DNA of 64,000 nucleotides from Bacillota bacterium (lineage in GTDB: Bacteria > Bacillota > Clostridia > Christensenellales > CAG-138), in contig JBCFAY010000016.1 of assembly GCA_038562375.1 (NCBI GenBank), forward strand, positions 5,516 to 69,515, in the 5' to 3' direction. A model generated the notes under the pieces. It ran no database searches. It was given only the letters and a program-made list of their open reading frames with translations, and had not been told where the DNA came from. This document shows, piece by piece, positions 47,326 through 56,771 of the stretch. The first letter of the stretch is position 1, and each line of letters opens with the position of its first letter. Made by a program: the position numbers and the translations under genes.

Positions 47326-48000
47326 TTGGCCGCTACGTCCACATTATTCGTCTTTAATCACATGGCCCGACGTTTCGAAAAATATTCAAACGGCGAGCTG
47401 CCGTATGTGCATGAGGGAAGAATCGCGACGGCGCAGTTTTTGGGCGGCGCCAAGCCGCAGCTCGCTTGGACGGATCGGCGCTTGCTCGAAGCGTTCGATC
47501 GGCTGTGCCGCCAATGGGGCGACACGATCAGGATCTCGGGCGCATTCCGAGCGCTCGCCGACCACGTCCACACGGGGCAATCACTGCATTACGCCGGGCT
47601 TGCGCTCGACATCGGATCGGGGCTGCCCGCCGCAGAGCGCGAGGCCCTCCGCCGTCAGTGCGTGCAGAGCGGCGACTGGGATTACGTCGATCCGGCGCAC
47701 ATCGCGCCCACCTGGATCCACGTGCAGATGCAGCTCGAGCCGCCCGCCCAGCCGTACTTCGGGTATCCGAAACTGCAGATGGAAGCGCAGAGCGTCTATG
47801 TCTGCGTGCTGCAGGAGCTCCTGCGGCTAAACGGCAGCTACCGCGGAATGCCCGACGGCGTCTTCGGCCCGATGACGCTGAATGCGTTCAAGGATTTTCA
47901 GATAAAAAGCGGCCTCGCGCCTCAGGAATTCGTAAACGCCACGCTATGGAGGGCGCTGTTCCGGGCGCACAATGAAGCGCGAAAACAGGCGGGCGAATAA
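47326..48000 (+). CDS. M15-like zinc peptidase with C-terminal peptidoglycan-binding domain (start uncertain: TTG 47326 or ATG 47362)
   Basis: R..S.H..G.A.D and W.H zinc-peptidase motif order; V..LQ..L...DG.FG..T..A...FQ...GL PG-binding motif. Confidence 0.7.
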   Translation: MAATSTLFVFNHMARRFEKYSNGELPYVHEGRIATAQFLGGAKPQLAWTDRRLLEAFDRLCRQWGDTIRISGAFRALADHVHTGQSLHYAGLALDIGSGLPAAEREALRRQCVQSGDWDYVDPAHIAPTWIHVQMQLEPPAQPYFGYPKLQMEAQSVYVCVLQELLRLNGSYRGMPDGVFGPMTLNAFKDFQIKSGLAPQEFVNATLWRALFRAHNEARKQAGE

Positions 48001-48094
48001 AAACCGCGCCCGGGAGGTGCGGCCAAACGGTTTGATATCCCAATAAAGATCCTCTTCGAGGCTTCTGCCGCGCCGGGAGCGCAGCCGGAACTTT

Positions 48095-48769
48095 TTACAG
48101 TACGCCGCACTCGGAAAGAGCGCTTTCGATCCTATTAAAAACCTCGTCCTCGGGCAGCAGCGATCCTTGTTCCATGCAATCGACCACCACAATATTCCGG
48201 CATCGCTTCGCGTACTCGAGGTATTTTTCCCGCGCGCGCGCCTGTATGCCGCCGGCTGATTCGTACACGTCGCGCGCTTCGCCGACATATTCTCGGAAGC
48301 CTTTTTTATCGACGTTGCGGCCCGCGTCGTTGGGCTGTACGTCGAGCACAAGATGCACGTCCGGCTCCGGAAGGGCGAGCCTTTTGTATTCAAGCTCGTT
48401 CACCCAATCGAGGATATCCGGCTCCGAAAGATCCCTCTCGCGGATGCTCTGATAGACGGCGTTCGACAGAACATAGCGGTTGATCAGGAGCACGTCGGCG
48501 TTCGAGGTATCCCGATCCTGGAAATCCGCCCAGCGGTCCATCGCAAACCAGAGCGCCATGCTCTTCGCGTCGACCTGATCCGCACGGACTCCCGCCGCCC
48601 CGCTTAAGAGGCTCCCGATCCGTTCGCCGAAGAAGCTTTTGTACGCCGGGAACGAGCGCGTCAGGACGCTTTTGCCCCGCGCCTTCAAAGCGTTTTCCAG
48701 CCGCTGCATCTGCACGGTTTTGCCGCTCCCGTCGATCCCCTCAAACGCGATTACGATCTGCTTTGCCAT
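48095..48769 (-). CDS. tmk: Thymidylate kinase family protein
   Basis: FEGIDGSGKT.Q, FP.Y, DR, RY..SN..YQ, P.PD. Confidence 0.85.
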   Translation of the reverse strand: MAKQIVIAFEGIDGSGKTVQMQRLENALKARGKSVLTRSFPAYKSFFGERIGSLLSGAAGVRADQVDAKSMALWFAMDRWADFQDRDTSNADVLLINRYVLSNAVYQSIRERDLSEPDILDWVNELEYKRLALPEPDVHLVLDVQPNDAGRNVDKKGFREYVGEARDVYESAGGIQARAREKYLEYAKRCRNIVVVDCMEQGSLLPEDEVFNRIESALSECGVL

Positions 48770-48808
48770 CCTCGTCCCCCAATTCCATCATACTCAAATA
48801 TCAGCGTT

Positions 48809-50575
48809 TCAGCCGCGCTTCAGAAGGCTCTCGAGCCGTTTGCGCGTCGCTTCCGAAAGGAGCGCCGCGATCCGCGTACCCGTCTCTTCGTGCGCTTCGG
48901 AGAGGATGCGGCCCTCGGCGCGAATCAGCTGCAGCACCTGATAGCGATCGTACGGGATCAGCAGTTCCACCTCGCACAGGCCGGAGTTCAGCGCCGCCTC
49001 GATGCGCTCGAGGAGCAGCCCGATCCCTTCCCCGGTCTTCGCGCTGATAAGTACGCTGTCCGGCTTTTTTACGGGGCAGGCGTCCGGCTTGTCCTGTTTG
49101 TTGTATACGTTGATGCGCGGCGTGTCGATCGCATGCAGCTCGCTGAGCACATCCTCGACCACGCTCATCTGCACGTCGAAGTAAGACGACGACGCGTCGA
49201 TCACGTGCAGTATCAGGTCGGCGTTTGAGACCTCCTCCAAAGTGGAATGAAACGCCTGGACAAGATCGTGCGGAAGCTTGTTGATAAAGCCTACGGTGTC
49301 CGATAGAAGCGCCTCGGTGCCGCCCGGGAGCGTCACCTGCCTCACCACGGGATCGAGCGTCGCGAAGAGCTTATCCTCCGCGAGCACATCGCTGCCCGAA
49401 AGCGCGTTTAAAAGCGTGGACTTCCCCGCATTGGTGTAGCCTACGAGCGCGACGAGCGGCTGCTCGTTCTTCTGCCTGCGCGCGCGGCGAAGCTCCCGCT
49501 GTTTCTTGATCTCTTCAAGCTCCTGCTCCAATTCGAATATCCTTCGCTTGATGCGGCGGCGGTCGATCTCCAGCTTCTTTTCACCCGGTCCGCGCGTGCC
49601 GATGCCGCCGCCCTGCCGGGAAAGCGCCCCGCCGATGCCCGTCAGCCGCGGAAGCCTGTACTGAAGCTGCGCAAGCTCAACCTGGAGCTTGCCCTCGCGC
49701 GTGTTGGCGCGCGCAGCGAAGATATCGAGGATCAGCGCCGTGCGGTCGATCACGCGCGCGCCTAAGATCTCCTCGAGATTCCTAAGCTGCACCGCGTTGA
49801 GCTCGTCGTCGAAGATATAGAGCTCCGCCTCGAGCTCGCTCCCAAGGAGCGTCAGCTCCTCCGCCTTGCCGCTTCCGATATAGGTGGCGTTATCGACGGT
49901 GCGCCGTTTCTGCACGCTTTTGCCCACGACCTGCGCGCCCGCGGTCGACGCAAGCTCCGCGAGCTCCGCCATCGAGTCGTATCCTTCGTCGTCGTTTAAG
50001 CCCACAAGTATCGCCCGCTCCGGGCGATTTTCCTCAACGGCGCGCGTCGTGCTGAAGAGGCGCTGATCCGCGGCCCGGATCTCCTCCATCAGAGCGCGCT
50101 GCGGAAGCTTTAAGGGATCAAACGGGCCGTAGATCAGCGCCGTCCGCTCCCCGTCCTTCATCTCGCCCATAAACGCGGCGTAAAAAGCCTTGAGGCATCC
50201 CTTATATACGCCGAGCGAGCACATCGCGTCAAGGCGCATACTCCTGAGCGTTCCAAGGTCGACGCCCGAGAGCGTCGCGTCGCCGTTCGGGTGCGTGTGG
50301 ATACAGCGCACACCGCAGAGCCTGTCCTCATTGCGCACGAGGCGCATCTCGGGCATCGCAACCGTCATGCTGTCGCCGATCGAAACGTCGGCCACCCGCC
50401 CGTCCCGCGAAAGGTATACCGACACTTCGCGGCCAAGTAGCCCCGTATATTCGGCCATCCGCTCCAGGAGTTCCCGGGGCGCGAACCCGTCGGCCACAAA
50501 ATCGTAGAGTTCCGCCATTCGTTCAAGCAGCGCAGAGCGGATGCCCTGTACGCTGCCGTTCACCTTTTTTTCCAT
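48809..50575 (-). CDS. hflX: GTPase HflX with long N-terminal extension
   Basis: LILDIFA, EGKLQVELAQ, GTRGPGE, GYTNAGKST, LFATLD, DTVGF, NK.D. Confidence 0.95.
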   Translation of the reverse strand: MEKKVNGSVQGIRSALLERMAELYDFVADGFAPRELLERMAEYTGLLGREVSVYLSRDGRVADVSIGDSMTVAMPEMRLVRNEDRLCGVRCIHTHPNGDATLSGVDLGTLRSMRLDAMCSLGVYKGCLKAFYAAFMGEMKDGERTALIYGPFDPLKLPQRALMEEIRAADQRLFSTTRAVEENRPERAILVGLNDDEGYDSMAELAELASTAGAQVVGKSVQKRRTVDNATYIGSGKAEELTLLGSELEAELYIFDDELNAVQLRNLEEILGARVIDRTALILDIFAARANTREGKLQVELAQLQYRLPRLTGIGGALSRQGGGIGTRGPGEKKLEIDRRRIKRRIFELEQELEEIKKQRELRRARRQKNEQPLVALVGYTNAGKSTLLNALSGSDVLAEDKLFATLDPVVRQVTLPGGTEALLSDTVGFINKLPHDLVQAFHSTLEEVSNADLILHVIDASSSYFDVQMSVVEDVLSELHAIDTPRINVYNKQDKPDACPVKKPDSVLISAKTGEGIGLLLERIEAALNSGLCEVELLIPYDRYQVLQLIRAEGRILSEAHEETGTRIAALLSEATRKRLESLLKRG

Positions 50576-50639
50576 CGTTCCCTCGTCTTTGTCACGATAT
50601 CGTGACAATATTATATCCTGTCCGCGCCCAAAAAGCCAT

Positions 50640-52043
50640 TCAAAACCGGCCGCTGAGTTTGGAGCGTTTTTGATGCTGCCGGATCAGGGAGAACACCGTC
50701 CCCGAAAGGGCCGTCAGTGCGATCAGGTTCGGGATCGCCATGCACGCGTTGAGCAAATCCGCGAGGCTCCATACAAAGCCCACGTCGGCGAGCGCGCCCG
50801 CTACGATCAAGACAACGAAAACGAGCCTGTACCAAAAGGCCGCGCCGTCTCCGAAGAGGAACTCCGCGCAGCGCACGCCGTAGAGCGACCATCCGATCAG
50901 CGTGGAAAAAGCGAAGAACAGAAGCGATACGGCGACGAACGCACCGGAGAAGCCTGGGCCGAACACCGTCCCGAGAGCGCGCACCATTAGGACCGAACCC
51001 GCGGCGTCGGCGGAGCCGTACGGAAGCTCTATCCCCGCGCAAAGCAGCGTAAGGCCGGTGAGCGTGCACATCACAACGGTATCGATGAATACCTCCATGA
51101 CGCCATACATGCCCTGCTCGACCGGATGGCGCGTCTCCGCCGAGGCGTGCGCGATAGGCGCGGAGCCGAGCCCCGCCTCGTTGGAAAATACTCCGCGGGA
51201 CACGCCCATGCGCAGCGCCTCGCGCATGGAAAAACCGACGGCGCCCCCCACCGCCGGGCGGAATCCCTCGAACGCGCCTTTGACGATGGAGGTTACGACG
51301 CCTCCCAGCCGGTCGAAATTGCACGCGACTACGGCGAGCGAAACGATCACAAACGCGACGCTCATGAACGGTATGAGCTTTTCCGTCACCGCGCCGATGC
51401 GCCTTACCCCGCCGATGATCACCACGGCGGTCATGGCGGCGAGCACGATCCCGAACGCGAGCCGCAGGCCCGTTTCCTCCGCGCCGACAAAAGCCGCGCC
51501 CGAAAACGTGCGCGCAGCGTCCACGACCGTTACCGCGACCGTGTTGACCTGCGTCATATTGCCAACGCCGAACGACGCGAGCATCCCGAACAGCGAGAAG
51601 GCGTACGCGAGGAAATGCCAGCGCCTTTTCATGCAGGCCGTGATGTAATACATCGGGCCGCCCACCCGCTCGCCCCTGCCGTTACGGGTGCGGTAGCGGA
51701 CGGCGAGCGTGACCTCAACGAATTTGGTCATCATCCCGAACAGGGCGCTCACGAGCATCCAGAACACCGCGCCCGGCCCGCCCAGCACGATCGCGCCCGC
51801 GACGCCCGCGACGTTGCCCGTGCCGACCGATCCCGCGAGCGCCGTCGTGAGCGCCTGAAAGGGCGTAAATCCCGAGCTTGGCCTGTTCGTTTTTTGAAAC
51901 GCCGATCCCAGCGTGCGCTTGAGGATCGATCCAAAATGCGTCAGCTGGAAGAACTTGCCCCTGACGCTAAGGCCGATCCCCGTCGCCAGAAGCAGCAGCA
52001 TCACCACGCCTTCGAGGGCGCGCTTAAAAGCGGCAAACTCCAT
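50640..52043 (-). CDS. Alanine/glycine:cation symporter (AGCS family)
   Basis: VGTGN.AGVA, GGPGAVFWM, GGPMYY, RGVFSNEAGLGSAP, FIDT. Confidence 0.95.
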   Translation of the reverse strand: MEFAAFKRALEGVVMLLLLATGIGLSVRGKFFQLTHFGSILKRTLGSAFQKTNRPSSGFTPFQALTTALAGSVGTGNVAGVAGAIVLGGPGAVFWMLVSALFGMMTKFVEVTLAVRYRTRNGRGERVGGPMYYITACMKRRWHFLAYAFSLFGMLASFGVGNMTQVNTVAVTVVDAARTFSGAAFVGAEETGLRLAFGIVLAAMTAVVIIGGVRRIGAVTEKLIPFMSVAFVIVSLAVVACNFDRLGGVVTSIVKGAFEGFRPAVGGAVGFSMREALRMGVSRGVFSNEAGLGSAPIAHASAETRHPVEQGMYGVMEVFIDTVVMCTLTGLTLLCAGIELPYGSADAAGSVLMVRALGTVFGPGFSGAFVAVSLLFFAFSTLIGWSLYGVRCAEFLFGDGAAFWYRLVFVVLIVAGALADVGFVWSLADLLNACMAIPNLIALTALSGTVFSLIRQHQKRSKLSGRF

Positions 52044-52060
52044 GTTTCGTCCCCGTTCAT

Positions 52061-52089
52061 GATAAAAACCGGCGGCGCCGGTTTTTATC
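52061..52089. terminator. Terminator-like hairpin between gerM and the symporter gene
   Basis: GATAAAAACCGGC-GGC-GCCGGTTTTTATC perfect 13 bp stem. Confidence 0.65.
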
Positions 52090-52197
52090 CAAGCATGTCG
52101 TATTGTCGTCGCATTTTCCTAAAACACCGCGCATCCATCCGCCCGCGCGCGTCTCGAGGCCCTCCGGGCCCGATCGCCAAGGCGTATACGCGTCCGA

Positions 52198-53145
52198 TTA
52201 CGAGTCAAATTCGTTGGCGAACACCGGGAGGTTCGCGCGCTCGGAGCCAAAATCAAACGCCTTTCCTTCCACCGTGAGCGACAATTCCTCGATGGGCCCA
52301 AACTGCATCGCGGTCAGGCAAAGCGCCTCATACGCAGCGGGCGCGAGCCCCGGCGTATCCGATACCGAGAGGAACTCCTTTGAAAGATCGACCGACGCTT
52401 TCGTATCCTCGATGGAGCAGGACAAAAGCTCGGTGCCCTCGGGGAAGCAGTTGCGGAGCCCGTCGATCGCCGGCCCTTTGATAAGCTCCCCTACGGCAGT
52501 CTCAAACGTTCGGATGTTCTGCACATAGCGCGTCACGGGGACGTTGAGGCTGCAGGACTGATTCGGGAAATAGAGCGTCAGCTTGTTGTACGAGCCGTCG
52601 GCGGAAGTATCGATGTCTTCCTGCTCGCCGTTGAGCGCGACGCCGGTGATGGGCTCCCCGACAAGGGTACCGTTGGGGAGCTTATTTTTGAGCTTGCCGT
52701 CAAACTTGAGCTGGACGGAGTCGATGCTCGGGAATTCCAGCAGCGTGCTCACGACGGCGTCGACCATCGCCTGCTCGCTCACAGCGTCCGGATACTCCGA
52801 AAGATTGATGATATTGAGCGTCGCCAATCCGTCCTTGATGCGAAGTTCCACGCTCACGCCGTCCGGCAGCACGGTATTCAAGCCCATCGGCGCAACGCTC
52901 TTTTGATTTTCTTCCGTTCCGATCAAATAGGAGACCGCAGCCCTGCCGATGCCTTCCTCCCAGGGAATCATCCGCATCACAGGCACCACAAACCCCTCGT
53001 CGCTTCTGTAATAAAGCACCGTTTTACGGAAGCCCGCGTCCGTATCCTCCTGCTCCGACATGGCGGCTTCCTGCTCGGGAGCGCAGCCAACGGCTCCCAC
53101 AAGCAGCACCAGACATAGTACGATGGCAATCGCCATGCGCCACAT
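52198..53145 (-). CDS. gerM: GerM-like lipoprotein with two GerMN domains
   Basis: Lipobox AVGC; duplicated LY..VPV.R...L..G...P.G...TL..F..I..V...G pattern. Confidence 0.8.
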   Translation of the reverse strand: MWRMAIAIVLCLVLLVGAVGCAPEQEAAMSEQEDTDAGFRKTVLYYRSDEGFVVPVMRMIPWEEGIGRAAVSYLIGTEENQKSVAPMGLNTVLPDGVSVELRIKDGLATLNIINLSEYPDAVSEQAMVDAVVSTLLEFPSIDSVQLKFDGKLKNKLPNGTLVGEPITGVALNGEQEDIDTSADGSYNKLTLYFPNQSCSLNVPVTRYVQNIRTFETAVGELIKGPAIDGLRNCFPEGTELLSCSIEDTKASVDLSKEFLSVSDTPGLAPAAYEALCLTAMQFGPIEELSLTVEGKAFDFGSERANLPVFANEFDS

Positions 53146-53209
53146 ATACACTCCTCCTGACAAACAATCGTTGTTAAAATATATAGAGGAGCGCGGGCAA
53201 GTAGAAGGG

Positions 53210-54949
53210 TTATTCGATATTTTTCAGCTTTCCGACGACGGATTCGTCGGGCGTGACGTACGCGGTGCGATTTGTGGTGTAAATCACCATCCCGGGCTTG
53301 GCGCCGGACGGTTTTTTCACGTATTTGCGGGGCGTATAGTCGACCGGCACCAGCGCTCCCCCCCGGGCGCGGCTATAATACGCGGCCAACAGCGCCGCCT
53401 CCTCGATCGTCGACGGCGGGATCGGCCCATCCTTCTTCACGATGACGTGCGAGCCGGCGAAGCCCTTCGCGTGCAGCCACAAGTCCTCCGGCGAAGCGAA
53501 CGAAAGCGTCAGCGCGTCGTTCTGGCGGTTGTTCTTGCCGACATAGATATCCAGCCCGTCCGAGGAAACGTAGTGGAGCGGCTTCGACGGCGGCGTCTTC
53601 TGGCGTTTGCCCCTGGGCGCGGAAGGCCGAAGATACCCTTCCTGCTCCAATTCCGCACGAAGCTCGTCGAGTTCGGCGTCCGTGGTGCACTTTTCGAGAT
53701 TGTCGAGCTGCCCTTCGAGGTACAAAAGCTCTTCCTCGGCCTCGCGAAGCAGCGTTTTCGCCTGCTCGCGCGCCGCGCGGAGCTTCTGGTATTTCTTATA
53801 GTATTTCTGCGCGTTGTCCGCCGGAGAGAGCCTTTCGTCCAGAGGCACGATCCTTTTTTGCGGCGGGTCGCTGTAATAGTCCTCCAAAACCGCCTCCTTC
53901 GCGCCCTTTCGGATCAAATGCAGCGAGGCGAGGATGAGTTCTCCCATCAGGCGGTATTCCTCCATCCGATCCTCGGAAAGGAGCGTTTCCCGGTGCAGCG
54001 CGGCCTTCTTCTCGCAGCGCTCCACGTTGTTGGCAAGGATGTGCGCCAATGATGCCGAGCGCCGCTTATGGCGCTCCCGCATCGCGCGCACGGCGTAGAA
54101 CTCGTCGATCGCCTCGTTCATGGAGGGCATCCGGCGGAGGTTCTCCTCCGGCGCGAACGGCGTGAACGGATAAACGCGCACGGCGCGATCCCCGTCCATG
54201 ATGAGCGTCGGCTCAAACGCCCCGCGTTCGAAGTCCGAGTACAGCTTGTATAAAAAGGCGCTGATCCTGCGCTTATCCGCCTCGGGCATGTCCTCGAGGC
54301 GCTGCGGCTGATCACCGAGCGCGGCCGCGCAGATTTCCTGGGCAACCGCGGGCGCGAGGCCGCTGAAGATTTCGCTGAGGCGCTTGTCCGCTCTGCCTTC
54401 GCCTTTGAGCGCCTCAAAAAAGCGCACTTCGTCCGCCTCGCGCGGATCCTCTTTATCCTGTGCGGGCGGCAAAAGATACTTGACCCCGGGCAAAACGGAG
54501 CGCACGCTCGACATGAAAGGCGACACACGGCGGATCGAATCGACCACGAGCCCCTTGTCGTCCACAAGTATGATGTTCGAATGCTTCCCCATGATCTCGA
54601 CGATCAGCTCGAAAGGCGCGGGGTCGCCGAGCTCGTCGCGCGCCTCGACCACGATGCCCGCGACCCGGTCGAGCCCCCGCTGGCGAACATCCAGCACGCG
54701 CGCGCCCATGAGCCTTCTTCTGAGCAGCATGCAGAACATCGGCGCTTCGGCGGGATTCGGCGGATTCGTATCGGTCAGGTGGACGCGGCACTGATCCGCG
54801 GCGGCGCACAGCAAAAGCCGACGGTTCATGCCGCCGGCGCGTACAGAGAGTATCAGCTCGTCGCGTTCGGGCTGATTGATCTTATCGATTTTTCCATTGA
54901 TGAGACAGGAAAGTTCCTTTACGACCGCATACAGCGAGAGTCCGTCCAT
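53210..54949 (-). CDS. rqcH: Ribosome quality control protein RqcH (FbpA/NFACT)
   Basis: MDG start, P.FCMLLR, EIMGKHSNI, NAQKYYKKY.K, GKNN.QND.LT, H.K...GSHV. Confidence 0.93.
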   Translation of the reverse strand: MDGLSLYAVVKELSCLINGKIDKINQPERDELILSVRAGGMNRRLLLCAAADQCRVHLTDTNPPNPAEAPMFCMLLRRRLMGARVLDVRQRGLDRVAGIVVEARDELGDPAPFELIVEIMGKHSNIILVDDKGLVVDSIRRVSPFMSSVRSVLPGVKYLLPPAQDKEDPREADEVRFFEALKGEGRADKRLSEIFSGLAPAVAQEICAAALGDQPQRLEDMPEADKRRISAFLYKLYSDFERGAFEPTLIMDGDRAVRVYPFTPFAPEENLRRMPSMNEAIDEFYAVRAMRERHKRRSASLAHILANNVERCEKKAALHRETLLSEDRMEEYRLMGELILASLHLIRKGAKEAVLEDYYSDPPQKRIVPLDERLSPADNAQKYYKKYQKLRAAREQAKTLLREAEEELLYLEGQLDNLEKCTTDAELDELRAELEQEGYLRPSAPRGKRQKTPPSKPLHYVSSDGLDIYVGKNNRQNDALTLSFASPEDLWLHAKGFAGSHVIVKKDGPIPPSTIEEAALLAAYYSRARGGALVPVDYTPRKYVKKPSGAKPGMVIYTTNRTAYVTPDESVVGKLKNIE

Positions 54950-54952
54950 CGA

Positions 54953-55261
54953 TCAACCTTCCTTGTTTCGGGCCAATCGGTCCAGCACGAGCTGGTATCC
55001 GCCGGCGCCGTACTCAAGCGACCGGTTGACGCGGCTGATGGTCGCCGTGCTTGCGCCGAGCCTTTCCGAAATGTCGTGATAAGTCACGTTCTTCCGAAGG
55101 AGCTTGGCGACCTCAAGGCGCTGCGAAATGGACTTTAATTCCGCGATCGTGCAGATATCCTCAAAAAAGCGATAGCATTCCTCGCGGCTTCGAAGCGTCA
55201 GCACCGCGTCGAAAAGCGCGTCGTTCTCCTTGCTGCGCAAACGGGACGAAACTTCTTCCAT
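54953..55261 (-). CDS. yerC: YerC/YecD family TrpR-related protein
   Basis: ECYRFFEDICTI.EL....QR..VA, GASTATISRVNRSL.YG..GY. Confidence 0.92.
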   Translation of the reverse strand: MEEVSSRLRSKENDALFDAVLTLRSREECYRFFEDICTIAELKSISQRLEVAKLLRKNVTYHDISERLGASTATISRVNRSLEYGAGGYQLVLDRLARNKEG

Positions 55262-55455
55262 ACCGATTCCTCTCCGAATCACTTGCTGTCGTTTCGATCT
55301 TAAAACCCTGCGCCGGCATACCGTTTTTCGGCGGCCTTCGGGCGAAGGGAGCATGTCCGATCCCGCCGCGTCCGGGCGGTAAGGGCACATACGGCAACTG
55401 TTCTTACTTTCGTATTGTATCATACGAAAGCGGGAAAATACAGAGGGTTTCCTCG

Positions 55456-56067
55456 TTAGAGCAGCTCGATCGACGAGGCGGATACCTCGTAAGCGACGCG
55501 GCTGACGATCTCTGCGTTGATCGATTTTTGGTATTCGCGGCTCTGTATGCGCCCGAGCACGCGCACGCGGCTCCCGACCTCGAGTTCCGAGGCGAACCGC
55601 GCGTTTCTGCCCCAGGCGATGCAGGGAAGATAATCGGATTTATTGTAGCTTCGGTTCACGGCGATCAAAAGATCCGCGATCTCACGTGAAAACGGCGTCA
55701 TCCGATAGACCGGGCGCTTGCAGACATATCCTTCGAGCGCAATCTCGTTGATGCAGGCGCGAAGCCCATCCTCCGCCTCGATCGAGCGGGCGAACACCGT
55801 GATGACGAGGCGATTGCCGCCGTCTACATGCTTGTTGTACGAGCGCAGCTGGCCGTGGATCACCACCGGGAGCTCCGGCTCGATCCTGCAGAGCGACATC
55901 AGCCGATCGGAAAGCGTCACCGGCAGGATATCCTTCGCGCCGCTGAGACGATCGACCAAAAGCGTCGTCGTATAAAAGTTTTCACCGAAAAGATTATGGC
56001 TGAAGATTGGCTTCTGACCGACAACCCCTGAAACGCAGACGCGATTATTTTCATATTGCTGATCCAT
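55456..56067 (-). CDS. ssb: Single-stranded DNA-binding protein, tandem-OB clostridial type
   Basis: V.RLSG..D.LP, GQLRSYN, AVNR.Y.KSDY.PCI.WGRNA, GRIQSREY. Confidence 0.88.
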   Translation of the reverse strand: MDQQYENNRVCVSGVVGQKPIFSHNLFGENFYTTTLLVDRLSGAKDILPVTLSDRLMSLCRIEPELPVVIHGQLRSYNKHVDGGNRLVITVFARSIEAEDGLRACINEIALEGYVCKRPVYRMTPFSREIADLLIAVNRSYNKSDYLPCIAWGRNARFASELEVGSRVRVLGRIQSREYQKSINAEIVSRVAYEVSASSIELL

Positions 56068-56185
56068 AGCTGCCTCCATGCCGTAAGAGATGCTAAAAAA
56101 GTCTATTCTTTGCAGGCAGCGTTTATTCGATATGTACACAAAGGATAAGCTACGTCAAGCGGAGAAAGGTTGATCGGATCGATCG

Positions 56186-56578
56186 CTATTGCGCGGTGTT
56201 CGCGACGTGTTGTTCCTGGGGCAGCAGACCGTTTAAAATGCACAGCAGCGCGCGCAAGGTATTGGGATCGAGTTCTTTGGCGCGGCAGAGCGCGTTGACA
56301 AGCTCGGGGGATTGCTCTTTGAGCTCCGCAAGGCGGATGATCTCGGCGGCGGAGAGCGACGCTTCCTCGGGCCCGGAGTTGAGCACGAGGCGATCCATCG
56401 TCACCCCGTAAAGCTCCGCGAGCGAGCGCAGCACCTCCAGGCTGGGCGTGCGTTTGCCGGACTCGTACTGGGAAAGAGCGGTATTGGAAATACCGAGTTT
56501 CTGCGCGGTCTGCATCTGCGTAAATCCGCTGCCGAGCCGCATTTTCTTCAAGCGCTGCGCAAGTAGCGTTTTGTTCAT
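56186..56578 (-). CDS. XRE-family HTH transcriptional regulator
   Basis: RLK..R...G.TQ...A..LGIS...LS.YE.G.R.P....L..LA..Y.VT.D; AGGAG RBS. Confidence 0.88.
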   Translation of the reverse strand: MNKTLLAQRLKKMRLGSGFTQMQTAQKLGISNTALSQYESGKRTPSLEVLRSLAELYGVTMDRLVLNSGPEEASLSAAEIIRLAELKEQSPELVNALCRAKELDPNTLRALLCILNGLLPQEQHVANTAQ

Positions 56579-56771
56579 GGTTCGTCTGCTCCTTTTGGAC
56601 GCTGGCGATTCCGGCGAATTATCGACCCTTGGATGTGATCCGATGGGATTATTTTAGGCCATCCTTTGACGAAAAACAACCATATTCCTCAAAATACGGC
56701 ATTTTTTTACTTAATGCGCCTTCAAAACGGTTGTGATAAAATAAAAAGAACGATGGTAAAAGGAGCGCGGG

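Noticed and set aside
48809-50575. Long HflX N-terminus as a novel fusion
   Set aside because: HflX proteins of about 590 aa with this extension are, to my knowledge, common in clostridia.
52044-52197. Glycine riboswitch upstream of the alanine/glycine symporter
   Set aside because: No GGAGA..CCGAAG..CTCAGG aptamer motifs seen; only a terminator-like hairpin.
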